NCBI RefSeq assembly: GCF_006345805.1
Contig: NC_043011.1
Coordinates: 51,100,464 to 51,164,463, forward strand
DNA: 64,000 bases
Direction: 5' to 3'
Source: Octopus sinensis
Lineage: Eukaryota
Part shown: positions 1 through 12,960 of the stretch, in pieces
Numbering within the stretch: the stretch's first letter is position 1
Layout: each line of letters opens with the position of its first letter
The notes under the pieces: model-generated
Seen by the model: only the letters and a program-made list of their open reading frames with translations
What the model was told of the DNA's origin: nothing
The model's database searches: none
Translations under genes and position numbers: made by a program

Positions 1-126
1 ATGCTGTTACTTTCTACACTGTGAGTAAGACGGTGAGCTGGCAGAATGGTTACCACACTGGGCAACATCCTTTTGGGGTTGACAAAATAAGTACCAATTG
101 AACATTGGGTTTGATATAATCAATTT

Positions 127-415
127 GGAGGCGCAATGGCCCAGTGCTTAGGGCAGCAGACTCGCGGTCATAGGATCGCGGTTTCAATTCCCAGACCGGG
201 CGTTGTGTGTGTTTATTGAGCGAAAACACCTAAAAACTCTACGAGGCTCCAGCAGGGGGTGGTGATCCCTGCTGTACTCTTTCACCACTCTTTCTTCTGT
301 TGGCCTGCTCGCTTAGCCAGCGGGGTGGCGTCATTCGAAGGCTAAAACAATGCGAACGCATTGTGACCAGTGATGTGTAACTACATCTGATGGACTGGTC
401 GGTCACATGACGTGA
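127..415 (+). mobile_element. tRNA-derived SINE, head family A
   Basis: A-box-like tggcccagtgcttagg and B-box-like gtttcaattccc; same head at 28192 and 54441. Confidence 0.8.
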
Positions 416-496
416 CGTGATAATCAATTTACCCTCCTCCTCGAAATTGCTAGCCTTGTACCAAAATTTGAAATCATTACTAACATTGAAAGTAAT

Positions 497-845
497 GTGA
501 AGGCACATGGCTCAGTAGTTAGAGCATCAGGCTCACAATCACGAGGTAGTGAGTTCGATTCCCTGATTGGTGTGTTTGTTGTGTTCTTGAACAAGACACT
601 TTATTTCACGTTGCTCCAGTTCACTCACTCATCTGTAGAAATGAGCTTCAATGTTACTGGAGCCAAGCTGTATCAGCCTTTGCTTTTCCCTTGGGCAACA
701 TCAGTGGTGTGAAAACAGGAGACTGGTATGAATGGGTGACTGCTGGTCTTCCATAAACAACCTTGCTTGGACTTGTGCCTCAGAGTGGAACTTTTCAGGT
801 GCAATCCCATGGTCATTCATGACTGAAGGGGGTCTTTACCCTTTT
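497..845 (+). mobile_element. tRNA-derived SINE, head family C
   Basis: tRNA-like head, then ttgtgttcttgaacaagacactt; reverse copy at 58522-58847. Confidence 0.78.
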
Positions 846-986
846 AGCTCCATGAAAAAACTGTTTATTTTGGATATGAAATTATGATATACAATGTCTC
901 TCCCTTAAGATTTCTCAGACAAAATCAATCATTTACCAAACATGGTAATCTCTTTCTAATATAATTATTCTTTGATTATCTTTCAG

Positions 987-1151
987 AGAAACCCTTCAAT
1001 AAAACTCTATTGTCTACCTTGGGGTTTCCCTCATTGGATTGGCAATGGAACTTTGAGCCCTTATAAGACTCCCTTGGTGACAGCAACTTATGTGACCAAA
1101 TGGATTCTTGGTGCCAAGACCCATCACAATTTGACCATGGACTATGTTGGG
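987..1151 (+). CDS. GALC: Galactocerebrosidase (GH59), 1st exon in window (gene is 5'-partial)
   Basis: tttcag acceptor and gtgagt donor; 165 nt, phase 0/0. [19 protein letters not shown]...[18 protein letters not shown] resembles vertebrate GALC RNPNITLIGLPWSFPGWLG...DIDYIG. Confidence 0.95.
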
Positions 1152-1159
1152 GTGAGTAT

Positions 1160-1321
1160 TATTATTGGTTGCTATTTCTTGTTGTTGCTATTTCTTGTTG
1201 TTGCTATTTCTTGTTGTTGCTATTTCTTGTTGTTGCTACTACTATTGCTGTTGCTGCTGCTGTTGTCACCGCCGCTGCCACTGCCGCAGCCGCCACCGCC
1301 GCCGCCACTGCCACCACCACC

Positions 1322-1353
<32 letters not shown>

Positions 1354-1885
1354 CACCACCACCACCAACACCACAACCATCACCACCACCACCACCATCA
1401 ACATGTTCTGGCATGTCATCATTGCCTCATTATTGTTCTTTTCCTTCTCTTCCTGCAGCATCATGTTTATCATCATCACCATTAATGGTATTATTGTAGT
1501 CATCATCATAATCATAATCATTGTTGTCTTGGCCAGCTTCATTTGGATCTATCATCATCATCATCATCATCATCATTGCCCTCCTCCTCCCTCTCCATCA
1601 TACTCATCATCATCATGAACACCATCATATTTATCATCCTTATAATTTTTGTCCTTCCCACTAACTTGTTTCACATCACCATCATCTTCATCATCATTGT
1701 CATTGTCTTCCTCTTCCTCTCCTGCTCCCCATATCCCCATCCCCACATCTCCCCATCACCCCTCCTTGCCCTTTTCTTCCCTCTTTGTCTTCCCACTCTT
1801 CCTTCCCTTCACTTCCTCCTTTTTTCTCTTCTCCTCCTCCCCTCTCTCCTTTCTCTCTTCCAACCAATCATCATTATCATCATGA
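1160..1885. repeat. Compound microsatellite/low-complexity tract
   Basis: 16-bp unit ttgctatttcttgttg x4, then GCT/GCC/CCA/ACA/TCA/CCT triplet runs. Confidence 0.9.
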
Positions 1886-2036
1886 CTTGGCAAAATAGAC
1901 TCTGTACTTCTTCGCTGAAGTTCACTGAATTTTGATGGCAACTTTGAAAATGTCTGAAATTGCTGTATGGTCAATATCTGTGCCATATTGCTGAGGACTT
2001 AGGTTATATATCTCCACCTCTCAAGTGTCATCAAAC

Positions 2037-2067
<31 letters not shown>

Positions 2068-2228
2068 CTTACATTAGTTTTCTATATTTACTGTCTTGTG
2101 ATATCTCACATCTTACATATCTCTATAGTTCTATATACCATAGCCAACTCACACACAGCCTCATACATTTTACACATATCTCATATAGTCGTCTACATTT
2201 ACTAGTACATAGCATCATCGTCATCAAA

Positions 2229-2463
2229 GGCGGCGAGCTGGCAGAAACGTTAGCATGCTGGGCAAAATGCTTAGCGGTATTTCGTCTGCCGTTACGTTCT
2301 GAGTTCAAATTCCGCCGAGGTCGACTTTGCCTTTCATCCTTTCAGGGCCGATAAATTAAGTACCAGTTTACGCACTGGGGTTGATGTAATCGACTTAATC
2401 CTTTTGTCTGTCCTTGTTTGTCCCCTCTGTGTGTAGCCCCTTGCGGGCAGTAAAGAAATAAAT
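2229..2463 (+). mobile_element. SINE family D (ggcggcgagctggcagaa head)
   Basis: Contains gcctttcatcctttc.ggg.cgataaa; flanked by the direct repeat tacatagcatcatc; reverse copies at 15995-16374, 22376-22608, 49518-49749. Confidence 0.82.
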
Positions 2464-3454
2464 ACATAGCATCATCATCATTATCATCATTTAATGTCTG
2501 TTTTCCATGCTGGCATGGGTTGGACAGTTTGATAGGTGCTAGCAAGCCAGAAAATTGCACCAGGCTTCACTGTCTGTATTTTGCATGGTTTTTATAGCAG
2601 TATGCCCTTCTTAATGCCAACCACTTTATAAAAGTGGCCTGGGTGCTTTTCACGTGACACCAGTACTGGCAAGGTGGCACCAGTACCAGCAAGGTGACCC
2701 CAGCACTGGTAAGGTTGTTAAACACACCTAATATGGCCTTCTACATTTAATAGTACATAGCATCCCATATTTTAAACATATCTCATATTGTCCTCTACAT
2801 TTATTGCTACACAGTGTCTCACATCTTAAATACATCTCGTAAATTCCTCTACATTTAATACTACACAGGCACTCAATGTCTTAAACATGCTTCATATAGT
2901 CCTCTGCATTTAATACTACACAGCATTCCATGTCTTCACCCTTTTGTTACCAACCTTGCTGAAACCGGCTCTGGCTTTGTAGTACAAATGTCTTGTTTTT
3001 AAAAGTTCTGAATTAAAATCTTTCACCAAACCTTTAGTCACAATTTATGTTCCTAACACTAGCTTAATTATAACTAAGTTATTTTACTAAATAGTTTGTT
3101 ATACTTAAAATAATTGAAAGAAACACAGAGCATTTCAAAATAAATACAGTAAACATGCCTCATATAGTCCTCTGCATTTACTGTTATTAAGCATCACATA
3201 TCTTAAACTTATGTAATGTAGGATAAGTGGCTCTAGATAAGAATATTATGATACTCAAAATGGCTTCACTGTTGATCTCTCTTTTCATATTTATGGTGAG
3301 TTTTGTATAAACATTATAGACATTTGCAACATCTTATGTATCTAATAAATTTAAATAATTTGTTAATGGTTTACCCTCTTCCCTATCATCATCTGGCATC
3401 TTATTTCTGGGTATGAACTTTGTGTACACAGGAATAAATTCGATTAGGATAAAC

Positions 3455-3779
3455 CAGTGATTCTCAACTAGGGTTCACGTGACCCTTGGGGGTCCATGTA
3501 AGATTTTAAGGGTCCACACTAATAAAATAGTAAATTGGGGAGCCACAGTAGTATCTTAAGGTTCCATGAAAAATTTGATTTTGATGTGTTTATTGTAAGA
3601 AACAACTAAGTTTCTTTCTCTAACATTTTACATAGTTCAGCCTACATTAGTTAATGTGTGAAAGACAAAAGTATCTATAAAACTAGTTTTTATACATTGA
3701 ATAGCTATGGGGCTGGGGTCCACCAGAATAAATTAGTAATCAAAGGGGTCCATAGATAAAAAATGGTTGAGAACCACTG
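3455..3779. mobile_element. hAT-like MITE
   Basis: TIRs cagtgattctcaac / gttgagaaccactg; 8-bp flanks only partly match. Confidence 0.7.
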
Positions 3780-4170
3780 TTCTAAACTAATGGCAATAAC
3801 ACTCTTACCCACTTTGTCTGTAATGCATTTTCATCACCATTAGTTTAAAAATAAAGGCTTCTGAGGCAAATCCAATCTGATTGTACTATGTACATATCCA
3901 GGAATAAATCATCCATTGTTGATGGAGATGAAACTGATGGAAATGTTTTATCTCCAAAGATAAAGTTAATAGTCTTGAAAATTGGTTGTGTGGTTAAGAA
4001 GTTTGCTTCTCAGCCGTGTGGCTTTGGGTTCAGGCCCATTGTGTGGCATGTTGAACAAGTTCTTTTCTGCTATAGACCCAGGTTAACCAATGTCTTATGA
4101 GGTAGACTGAAATTGAAAAAAGCCCGTTGTGTGTGTGTGTGAGTGTGTGTGTGTGTGTGTGTCCATATGT

Positions 4171-4366
4171 ATCATCATCATCATCATCATCGTTTAACGT
4201 CCGTTCTCCATGCTAGCATGGGTTGGACGGTTCGACCGGGAATCTGAGAAGCCAGAAGGCTGCACCAGGCTCCGGTCTTATCTGGCAATGTTTCTACAGC
4301 TGGATGCCCTTCCTAACGCCAACCACTCCGCGAGTGTAGTGGGTGCTTTTTACGTGCCACCTGCAC
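4171..4366 (-). mobile_element. 3' tail of the RTE family at 16474
   Basis: Reverse complement of ~18020-18200 with (GAT)n tail. Other copies at 7735-8120(-), 20152-20450(+), 24709-24961(+), 31743-31955(-), 34427-34966(-), 38227-38380(+). Confidence 0.85.
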
Positions 4367-4369
4367 TGT

Positions 4370-4553
4370 AATACATATATGTATGTATGTATCTATCTAT
4401 ATATATATATGTATGTATATATATATGTATCTATCTATCTATATATATATATATGTATGTATATATATATATATGTATCTATATATATATATGTATGTAT
4501 GTATATATATGTGTATGTATGTATATATATATATGTGTATGTATATATATATA

Positions 4554-4594
<41 letters not shown>

Positions 4595-5167
4595 GTATAC
4601 ATATATATATATATATATGTGTATATATACATATATATATGTGTGTGTGTGTGTGTATATATGTATGTATATATATATGTGTGTATATATATATATATGT
4701 ATGTATATATATGTGTATATATATATATATATGTATAAATCTATATGTATGTATATATATATATATGTATACATCTATATGTATGTATATATGTGTGTAT
4801 ATGTCTATATATATGCATGGATATGTATGTGCATATGTCTATATATATGCATGGATATATATATGTATATATCTCTATATATATATATATATATATACAT
4901 ATGTATATATTTATATATATGTATGCATACATATATGTATATATCTATATGTATGTATATATATATGTATATATCTATATATATGTATGCATATATGTAT
5001 GTATATGTATATATATGTATGCATATATATATATGTATATATATGTATATATATATGTATGTATATGCATATATATGTATGCATATATATATATGTATAC
5101 ATATGTATATATATATGCATATATATGTATATGTATGTATATATGTATATGTATATATATGTATATG

Positions 5168-5198
<31 letters not shown>

Positions 5199-5266
5199 GT
5201 ATATATACGTATATATATATATATGTATATATGTAATATATATATATATGTATATATATGTATATA

Positions 5267-5297
<31 letters not shown>

Positions 5298-5313
5298 CTG
5301 TATACTACTTGTA

Positions 5314-5365
<52 letters not shown>
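4370..5365. repeat. ~1 kb degenerate (TA)n/(TATG)n/(TG)n microsatellite
   Basis: Direct inspection. Confidence 0.95.
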
Positions 5366-5366
<1 letters not shown>

Positions 5367-5654
5367 TGTATAAATGAGCTGCAAATACTGAAGTTTGTTG
5401 ATATTTCCTGTGTCAACAAATCATCCACTAGCTCTGCACTTTCAAATTCATTTGGAAAACAAAAGCAACAAAAAAAAATTCTTTTATAGAAAAGTCAGGT
5501 ATGGACTGGCAGCAGAAAGAGCATCTAGTTGTAAAAATCCTGCCTTAATTACCTCCTATCTAAGCCATCAATTGCATAGCAAGAGTCATTAAACAAACTT
5601 TATTCTTGATTATTGTATATTTCAAATGACTATTTAAAATATTTTATGTTCCAG

Positions 5655-5693
5655 ATCTGGAATGAACGTACCTTCACAGCAGATTATATCAAA
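5655..5693 (+). CDS. GALC: GALC exon (39 nt) with catalytic acid/base Glu
   Basis: ttccag/gtgtgt; IWNERTFTADYIK matches GALC IWNERSYNANYIK; phase 0/0. Confidence 0.95.
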
Positions 5694-5806
5694 GTGTGTA
5701 TCTATAAATATTTTTATTTCTTTTTCTTCTTTTTCTTTTTCTTTTTCTTCAGTATTTAGATTTAAGCATGTGAGCTATTAAATCATTTATTAATGAACTG
5801 TAAGTG

Positions 5807-6654
5807 CAGTGCTGGATTTAGGTACAAGCTAAACAAACTATAATTTAGGTTTGTGTTTCCCAACCTATATTCTCCCCAGGCCCCACTATAACTTTCCAGG
5901 AAATTGTATGTCTGACCAGTGGTTGGAAAAAAACCCAACTTTTTCATATTTTATCACAATTATTTTTTACAGAAGAATTTACTGGTAACTCTTTTATTAC
6001 ATATTGAGTACAGAAAAAAAGTACATTATTGACTAAGAAAAAGGGAATTACTTTAATGAGAACCTTGTGCCTTGTGACTATGTCACCATGCCCCATCACA
6101 ATTTTCTCAGACCCTGCCACTGGTGGGAATCATTGACTTAGAGCCTCATAGTCTGAAAAGGGTCTTTTAAAATCTCAGAATTATATTTTATTCATAGTTT
6201 TAGTGTAATTTATCTTTGAGTCATAATTTTCTGGAATGGTTCTGTGGTTTAAGTAGTTTGCTTCACATTCATGTTGTTCTAAGTTCAATTCCACTGCACA
6301 GCACTTTGGGCAAGTGTCTTTTACCATTTCCTCATTTTAACCCTAATCTTGTGAGTAAAATTGGGTAGATTGAAATTGTATGAAAGCCTGGTGGATGAAC
6401 TGTTTCTATTCTTGGGTGGTATACTTAATTTGTCACCTAGTTTAAACCATGGGTGCTGCCTTTTCTCCTCTAATACAGAAACCAAAATAAAGAAATTACA
6501 AGTTTTTGAGCTTACACATGGAGTTGTTATGCACTTTGATAGCATTACTGCTAAGTTCAGTTCTTACACAGTCTTATTTTTGTTACCAATTTTCAGATAT
6601 GGCTATTATGGGATTCCATAGCTCAGGGCCTCGCCATGTCTAAATCCAGCCATG
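5807..6654. mobile_element. hAT-like non-autonomous DNA transposon
   Basis: TIRs cagtgctggatttag / ctaaatccagccatg; 8-bp TSD tgtaagtg / tgtcagtg (7/8). Confidence 0.7.
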
Positions 6655-7406
6655 TGTCAGTGTTTGAATAATTGACACTTTGCTCTTAAAATGTCCTTCA
6701 AGTAGAAACAAAAATTGTGATTACTCTATTAGGCCTCTAAGAGCAGTTATATGAAGAACTGAAGGGATGAATTATTAAGGGATAGGAATGTGGCACAAGG
6801 GAATAAAATGACCCAAATTTTCATAACTTGACAGGGATAATAATAAGGATTTCTCACATGCTTTGATGTAAGTGCTATAGCTGATTTAATTGATTTAATT
6901 TGATGTAAGTGGTATAGCTGATTTAATGTTACTGGTATTTATTTTGTCAACCTGAGTCTTAGGCAGTAAATTGGCAGAATCATTTGAGTATTAAACAAAA
7001 AATGCTGCAGTATTTAGTTATGGTTTTTTTTTACATTCTGAGTTCAACTCCTGCCTAGGTCAACTTGTCCTATCAGCCTTTCGGGATTGGTGAAATAGAA
7101 TACTTATCCAGGGTGATGGCTTAGCAGAATCATCAAACAAAATGCTTTGTGGTGTTTCTTCAGGATTTTTATGTTCTGTGTGGCTAAGCAGGTGCAGCAA
7201 CCCCAGAATGAAGAGTGTTTGAGATGAGAGAACTTACTTTTGTGTATCTTCATTTTGAGTTTAAAAAAACTAGAGTATTGTTCATGCACCTGTCGTCTAT
7301 TGAAGGTTTAATTTCATTGATTACGTCTCTTTTTAATAACATGTCAGTCCTCATTTAGACCTGTGCCTCATACAAAGAAATACCATACTTTTATTTGATT
7401 TGCCAG

Positions 7407-7534
7407 ATTCTCCGGAAATTTCTGAACACTAGCGGACTGTCACATGTACAGATTGTTGCAGCAGATGGTGGCTGGTCTATTGCAGATGCAATGTTGAAGG
7501 ACGAAGAACTGCAAGCAGCTGTTTCTTACATTGG
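7407..7534 (+). CDS. GALC: GALC exon (128 nt)
   Basis: tgccag/gtataa; ILRKFLNTSGLSHVQIVAADGGWSIADAMLKDEELQAAVSYIG; phase 0/2. Confidence 0.93.
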
Positions 7535-9097
7535 GTATAATATGTTGTTTATACTGCTGTAAAATATAATTAAGTGCATGCGCATGCATACACACACACA
7601 CATACACACACCATCATCATCATCATTTAGTATCCATTTTCCATGCTAGCATGGGTAAGACAGTTTGAGTGGAGCTGGTAAACCTGAGAGCTGCACCAGG
7701 CTCCAGTCTGTTTTGTCTTCGTTTCCACGGTTGGATCATCATCATCATCATCATCATCATCATCGTTTAACGTCTGCTTTCCATGCTAGCATGGGTTGGA
7801 CGGTTCGACCGGGATCTGGGAAGCCAGGCGGCTGCACTAGGCCCAGTCTCATCTGGCAGTGTTTCTACAGCTGGATGCCCTTCCTAACGCCAACCACTCC
7901 GTGAGTGTAGTGGGTGCTTTTTACATGCTACCGGCACGGAAGCCAGTCAAGGCAGCGTTGGCAACGGCCATGTTCGGATGGTTCTTTTATGTATCACCGG
8001 CACTGGTATCACAAATGCAATTTCCATTGATTTTTGATCGATTTCGATTTCACTTGCCTCAACAGGTCTTCGCAAGCAGAGTTTTGTGTCCCAAGAAGGA
8101 AAGGTATGCATAAGTGGACTTAATGCCAACCACTCCACAGAGTGTACCGGGTGCCTTTTACTTGTCACTAGCACTAGCCATGACTAATCGAAAAAGTTAA
8201 CTTTGTTAATCGTTAATCCATTAACCTAAAAGTTAACTTTGTTAATTCTTTGAAAATATAACAGAAGTTGATGTTAATCCATTAATGTTAACTTTTAATG
8301 CCCCACTCATTTTATTGCCTCCAGAAAAATGGATACTTTTTAATGAAACTTTCACCAAATAATTGCTTATATCGTGTTGATTGAGTGTATGTAAAGATTT
8401 GTTGGAAAATTTTTCCAAGGCTTTAGGGAGAGGAGTTTCAGGAAATTCACAGGACCTGACATTTCCTCCCTCATAACTTTCTGGAAAATAGGCATTTTTA
8501 AATGAAATTTTATACAAATACCTTTCAAACAATGTAAATTACGATTACAAAGAAATTTGTAGGCAAAATTTTTGGAAGCGGGTTGGGAGGAGTTTCTGGT
8601 AAACAGAGTTTTGGATTAGATGACCCACATAAGTTGGAATTTCTCTGTTTTGACGGAGATTTTTTCCAATGTTTTCACCAAAGTCTTCAGAATGATCACG
8701 AAAAAAAAAAAAAATCTTGAAAATGTTTTTTTTGCACCTGCCACTCCCTCACCAACCCAGTCCAAAAAAGATTTTGACCATTTTTTTTTGTTTTCACTAC
8801 ACACTTAAAACCTGTGAGGGAAACATTTCCAGTTTAAAAAAAACTGTTGATAATTTCAGAGGAAAATGTATGATTTAAGGGAGATCTGGCTGTTGTTTCT
8901 AGCACATCCCCAAATTTCCCACCTTGTTTCTTTCTCACTGACACATCTGTTGATATTTTTCAATATTTTTCTCCCCCATAAGAAAATTTTATGGAATGAT
9001 GATTTCAAAGTAACACACATGTAGTTTCAATCAAGTGAGGCCATGTTATGTATGTGTGTAAGAAAAAAAACACTTAAACTCAAGCAGTTGTAATTTA

Positions 9098-9480
9098 TAA
9101 TAATAATGAAATTATTGTATACAGTGCTCAGGTGCACCACAACATGTCAGAAAGTGCATATAAAGTACATGCAGTAATGTACAAATGTCTGGAAAGCGAA
9201 CAGTGTGTGAGTCAGATACATGCTTGTGTGTGTATGGAGGGGAGAAAATCAGGTGTAGTGTTGGCAAATCTCAGAAAGCATGGAAGTTTTGAAGGATGCA
9301 GTGCTCCGACAACTGACAACTGATGCCCGCAGTTTGTTCCATGCTTCAGCAACTCTCAGCGTGAAAAAATGTTTGTTAAAGTCATGGAGCTGTGCTGTTT
9401 TCTGACTTTGTAAATATGTCCACGGGTGTTAGATGGGTGGAGTTTGAAAAGGTGCTCAGAGTTATTTGGAGAGTATTTGT
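9098..9480 (-). mobile_element. CR1-clade LINE 3' end
   Basis: Minus strand encodes HPSNTRGHIYKVRK...HFFTLRVAEAWNKL; (ATT)n tail; shorter copy at 13520-13745. Confidence 0.8.
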
Positions 9481-10091
9481 ACAAACACACACACCATCAT
9501 CATCATCATCATTCCATGCTAGCATGGGTTGAATGGTTTGACAGGAATCTGATGGGTCCAAGGACTGCATCATGCTCTAATGTCTGCTTAGGCACAGTTT
9601 CTAAAGCCTGCATGCCCTTCCTAATGCTAACCACTTTTTAGCATACACCGAGCACATTTTTGTACCACCAGCATTATTGAGAACCCCAAGCAGTTTGCAA
9701 AACTTTAAAACCCCGAGGGAGGTAGGGAGGCTTTTTGCTGGGGGATGATGGGGGTTAAAGTATGAAAAAAGGGGTTCTTGTTGGTTCAGTGGAACAGTTA
9801 TAATTTTTCAATGTTTACCATTCTGAGAGTGATATGGTTTGTTTTGATATAATATACCTTGCTATAAACAATAGAGAAGATCTAGATGATAGTAGGTGTA
9901 GTGATAAGGGTGAAATGATGATAATGATGTTTGTGATGATGATGATGATGGTTATAGTGATGTGGCTGGCAATGTAGGAAAGACAGAAAAAGTGAAAACA
10001 AAAACAAACAAAATCCTAAAGCTAATAATAATGATAAAGAATTCAATTATAGCATGCTGACCCCAACAGCATCTTCTATTTGTCTTTGCAG

Positions 10092-10209
10092 TGTCCATTA
10101 CCCTGGTACAGTCACTACTGACAAAGCCATGAAGACCGGTCGACCTCTCTGGTCATCAGAAGATTATAGTACTTTTAATGATAATGTTGGTGCTGGATGC
10201 TGGGCCAGG
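10092..10209 (+). CDS. GALC: GALC exon (118 nt) with catalytic nucleophile Glu
   Basis: ttgcag/gtaagt; VHYPGT...LWSSEDYSTFNDNVGAGCWAR; phase 2/0. Confidence 0.96.
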
Positions 10210-10249
10210 GTAAGTTTATTATCTGTAGTTTATTTATTAACTGGAAATA

Positions 10250-11030
10250 ACATTCTTGATTGGCTGAAATAACATTTTGCATCAGATGAAATAGTATTTT
10301 GCACTCGATGAAAAAGCATTTTGCATTGGCTGAAGTAGCATTTTGCATTGGTTAAAATAGCGGTTGAAATAACATTTTAGATTAGCTGAAATAGCATTTT
10401 GCAATTGATGAAATAGCATTTTGCATTGGTTGAAATAACCTTTTGCATTGGTTTAAATAGCATTTTAGATTAGCTGAAATAGCATTTTGCATTTGATGAA
10501 ATAGCATTTTGCATTGGCTGAAATAACATTTTGCATTGGTTGAAATAACATTTTGCAGTGGTTGAAATAACCTTTTGCATTGGTTTAAATAGCATTTTAG
10601 ATTAGCTGAAATAGCATTTTGCATTTAATGAAATAGCCTTTTGCATTGGCTGAAGTAGCATTTTAGATTAGCTGAAATAGCATTTTGCATTTGAAGAAAT
10701 AAATTTTGTATTGGCTGAAGTAGCAGTTTGCATTGGTTGAAATAACATTTTGCAGTGGTTGAAATAGCCTTTTGCATTGGCTGAAGTAGCATTTTAGATT
10801 GGCTGAAATAGCATGATAGAATGATTGAAATTAGTATTTTAGATTGTTTGAAATAACTTTTTTAGATTAGCTAGAACAATATTTTGCATTGCATTTTAAA
10901 TTGGAAGAAATATTTTACTTTGGTTGAAATAACAATTTAGATTGGCTGAAATGATATTTTGGGTTGGTTGAAATAACATTTTGGATTGGCTACAATACTA
11001 TTTTACGTTGCTTGAAATAATATTTTGCAT
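10250..11030. repeat. 22-bp minisatellite, ~35 units
   Basis: Consensus ttggctgaaatagcattttgca. Confidence 0.92.
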
Positions 11031-11079
11031 TAGCTCTTGTTATTGTTGTTTAACCATAGGTCAGTCTTTATCAAGTATA

Positions 11080-11650
11080 TCATCATCATCGTCGCCGTCG
11101 CTGCCACTGTTTAACGTCCGTTTTCCATGCTAGCATGGGTTGATCGGTTCGACCGGGGTCTGGGAAGCCAGGAGGCTGTGCCAGGCTCCAGTCTGATCTG
11201 GCAGTGTTTCTACAGCTGGATGCCCTTCCTAACACCAACCACTCTGTGAGTGTAGTGGGTGCTTTTTATGTGCCACTGGCACAGGGGCCAGAGGAGGCTG
11301 GCAAAAGGCCATGATCGGTTGGTGCTTTTTATGTGTCACCGACACAGACGCCAGTCAAGTGGTGCTGGCATCAGCTACGTTCAGATGGTGTTTTTTACAT
11401 TTCACAATTTCCATTTGATTTTTATTTTGATGTTGGTGTTGACGTACTTGACTCAATAGGTCTCCTCAAGAACAGCAGGTCCAACATTTCTCTCAGGGCA
11501 CTTACACTCTGCCATGCGTGGACACTGACATTACACATCCAGCGGATCATGCTAGCTTCATTTCTTTCGAGCCTCTGCATGTCCTTTGCAGTCACAGCTG
11601 TGAAGCATGGCAGTTCGCACACATGCGTCGTACAATCTACCTTTCGCTCT
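11080..11650 (-). mobile_element. Internally deleted RTE copy
   Basis: ORF piece AVTAKDMQRLERNEASMIRWMCNVSV joined directly to the 3' UTR/tail. Confidence 0.8.
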
Positions 11651-12525
11651 ATCCTGCATTAGAAATAACCAGACAGTGTAGAAAAGGATACTACTGGTCT
11701 AATGTAATCATTGAATGCTGTTTAATCCTAGATCAACCTAAATTGAGAAAAATCTATGATCATGGGGGCACCCTGACTGTAATTATTCCATGGGTATTCC
11801 ATGATTTTGACTGGAGTTGGGGTGATGATTTCAATTATCAAAATACCTCCACCATTAAATCATCTAATTTGCAGAAAACACGTAATTATAATAAATGTTA
11901 GATAATTATCATATTTGCATAGAACTTCTAGGAGTGTACATGTCGATTGTCTATACTTGTACCTCTCCTGGTGACATGAGTGCTTCCAATCTATTTTAAG
12001 TTTTTAAAAGTTTTTAAGAGTATCTAAGACTACATTATTTAATGTGTCTGTTGTTTTTGTTAAGTATGGTAGAATGTGATTTGAGGGAGATAAAGTTGAT
12101 ATTTCTAACAGAGGAAGCAATTGTATAGAGAAAGGCTTCCTATGTTTTGTTGTATTGTTGTTGTTTAGTCCCAGGTTCACATTGATTGAATAAGTCTATC
12201 ATCAAAGACAATCCAACTATGACCATCCTGTTCTTTTTGGGAGTATGTAAGGTTAAGTTTTTCTGATGCAGTATTTCTTTTTTGAAGATGCTAGGATGTG
12301 ATTTGAGGGTGATTTGGTTGCTATTTCTTGCAGAGTTGGCAATCGCATAGTGACAATTATATTATGTCATATATTCTTATCAGAAATAAGGTTTTTTTAC
12401 ATGGACTTGTTTATTTTCACTTTTCTACCAATGTTCCAACATGGCTACATAGAATATGTGAAACCAGTAGAAGCTCATGAAAGGATTAAATTATAATTTC
12501 TCTTTTTCTGAATTTTCTATTTCAG

Positions 12526-12563
12526 ATTCTCAATCAAAATTATGTCAATGGTTACATGACCAG
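12526..12563 (+). CDS. GALC: GALC exon (38 nt)
   Basis: tttcag/gtgagt; ILNQNYVNGYMT(S); phase 0/2. Confidence 0.95.
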
Positions 12564-12659
12564 GTGAGTATCAGATTTATTCTCTAAGAATTCTACAAAA
12601 GCTCTGACTTTCTTTCTCTTCTACTTTTTGTCACTTTCAGTTCTTATTTTCACTTAAAA

Positions 12660-12730
12660 AAACATATACATCTATATATGTACATGTATATATATATACA
12701 TCTATTTATATAGATGTATATATATACATC

Positions 12731-12765
<35 letters not shown>

Positions 12766-12827
12766 TATATATATATACACATGTATATATATATCTATAT
12801 ATATACATTTGTGCAGATGTATACATA

Positions 12828-12881
<54 letters not shown>

Positions 12882-12919
12882 GTATATATATATCTATATA
12901 TATACATTTGTGCAGATGT

Positions 12920-12960
<41 letters not shown>

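Noticed and set aside
1-26. Possible upstream GALC exon end before gtgagt at 21
   Set aside because: No frame resembles the expected YEWWLMKEAKK segment, and a SINE fragment follows.
127-200. tRNA genes at SINE heads (also 28192, 50955-51028, 51210-51285)
   Set aside because: A/B boxes continue into repeat bodies and occur in many diverged copies; these are SINE heads.
972-1499. 175-aa ORF: GALC segment plus Leu-rich and poly-Pro tail, resembling a membrane isoform
   Set aside because: Read-through past the gtgagt donor at 1152 into triplet repeats; no sign of use.
4343-5489. Long YI/CV-rich ORFs (also 12650-13040, 37214-38181, 48884-49383, 60040-61417, 62013-62687)
   Set aside because: Translations of microsatellites that lack stop codons.
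8185-8870. Possible coding exon or gene in ORFs 8242-8808
   Set aside because: No recognisable motif or splice pattern; probably an old DNA-transposon remnant that I cannot classify.
10250-11030. CRISPR-like regular array
   Set aside because: Head-to-tail units without unique spacers, no cas genes, eukaryotic intron.
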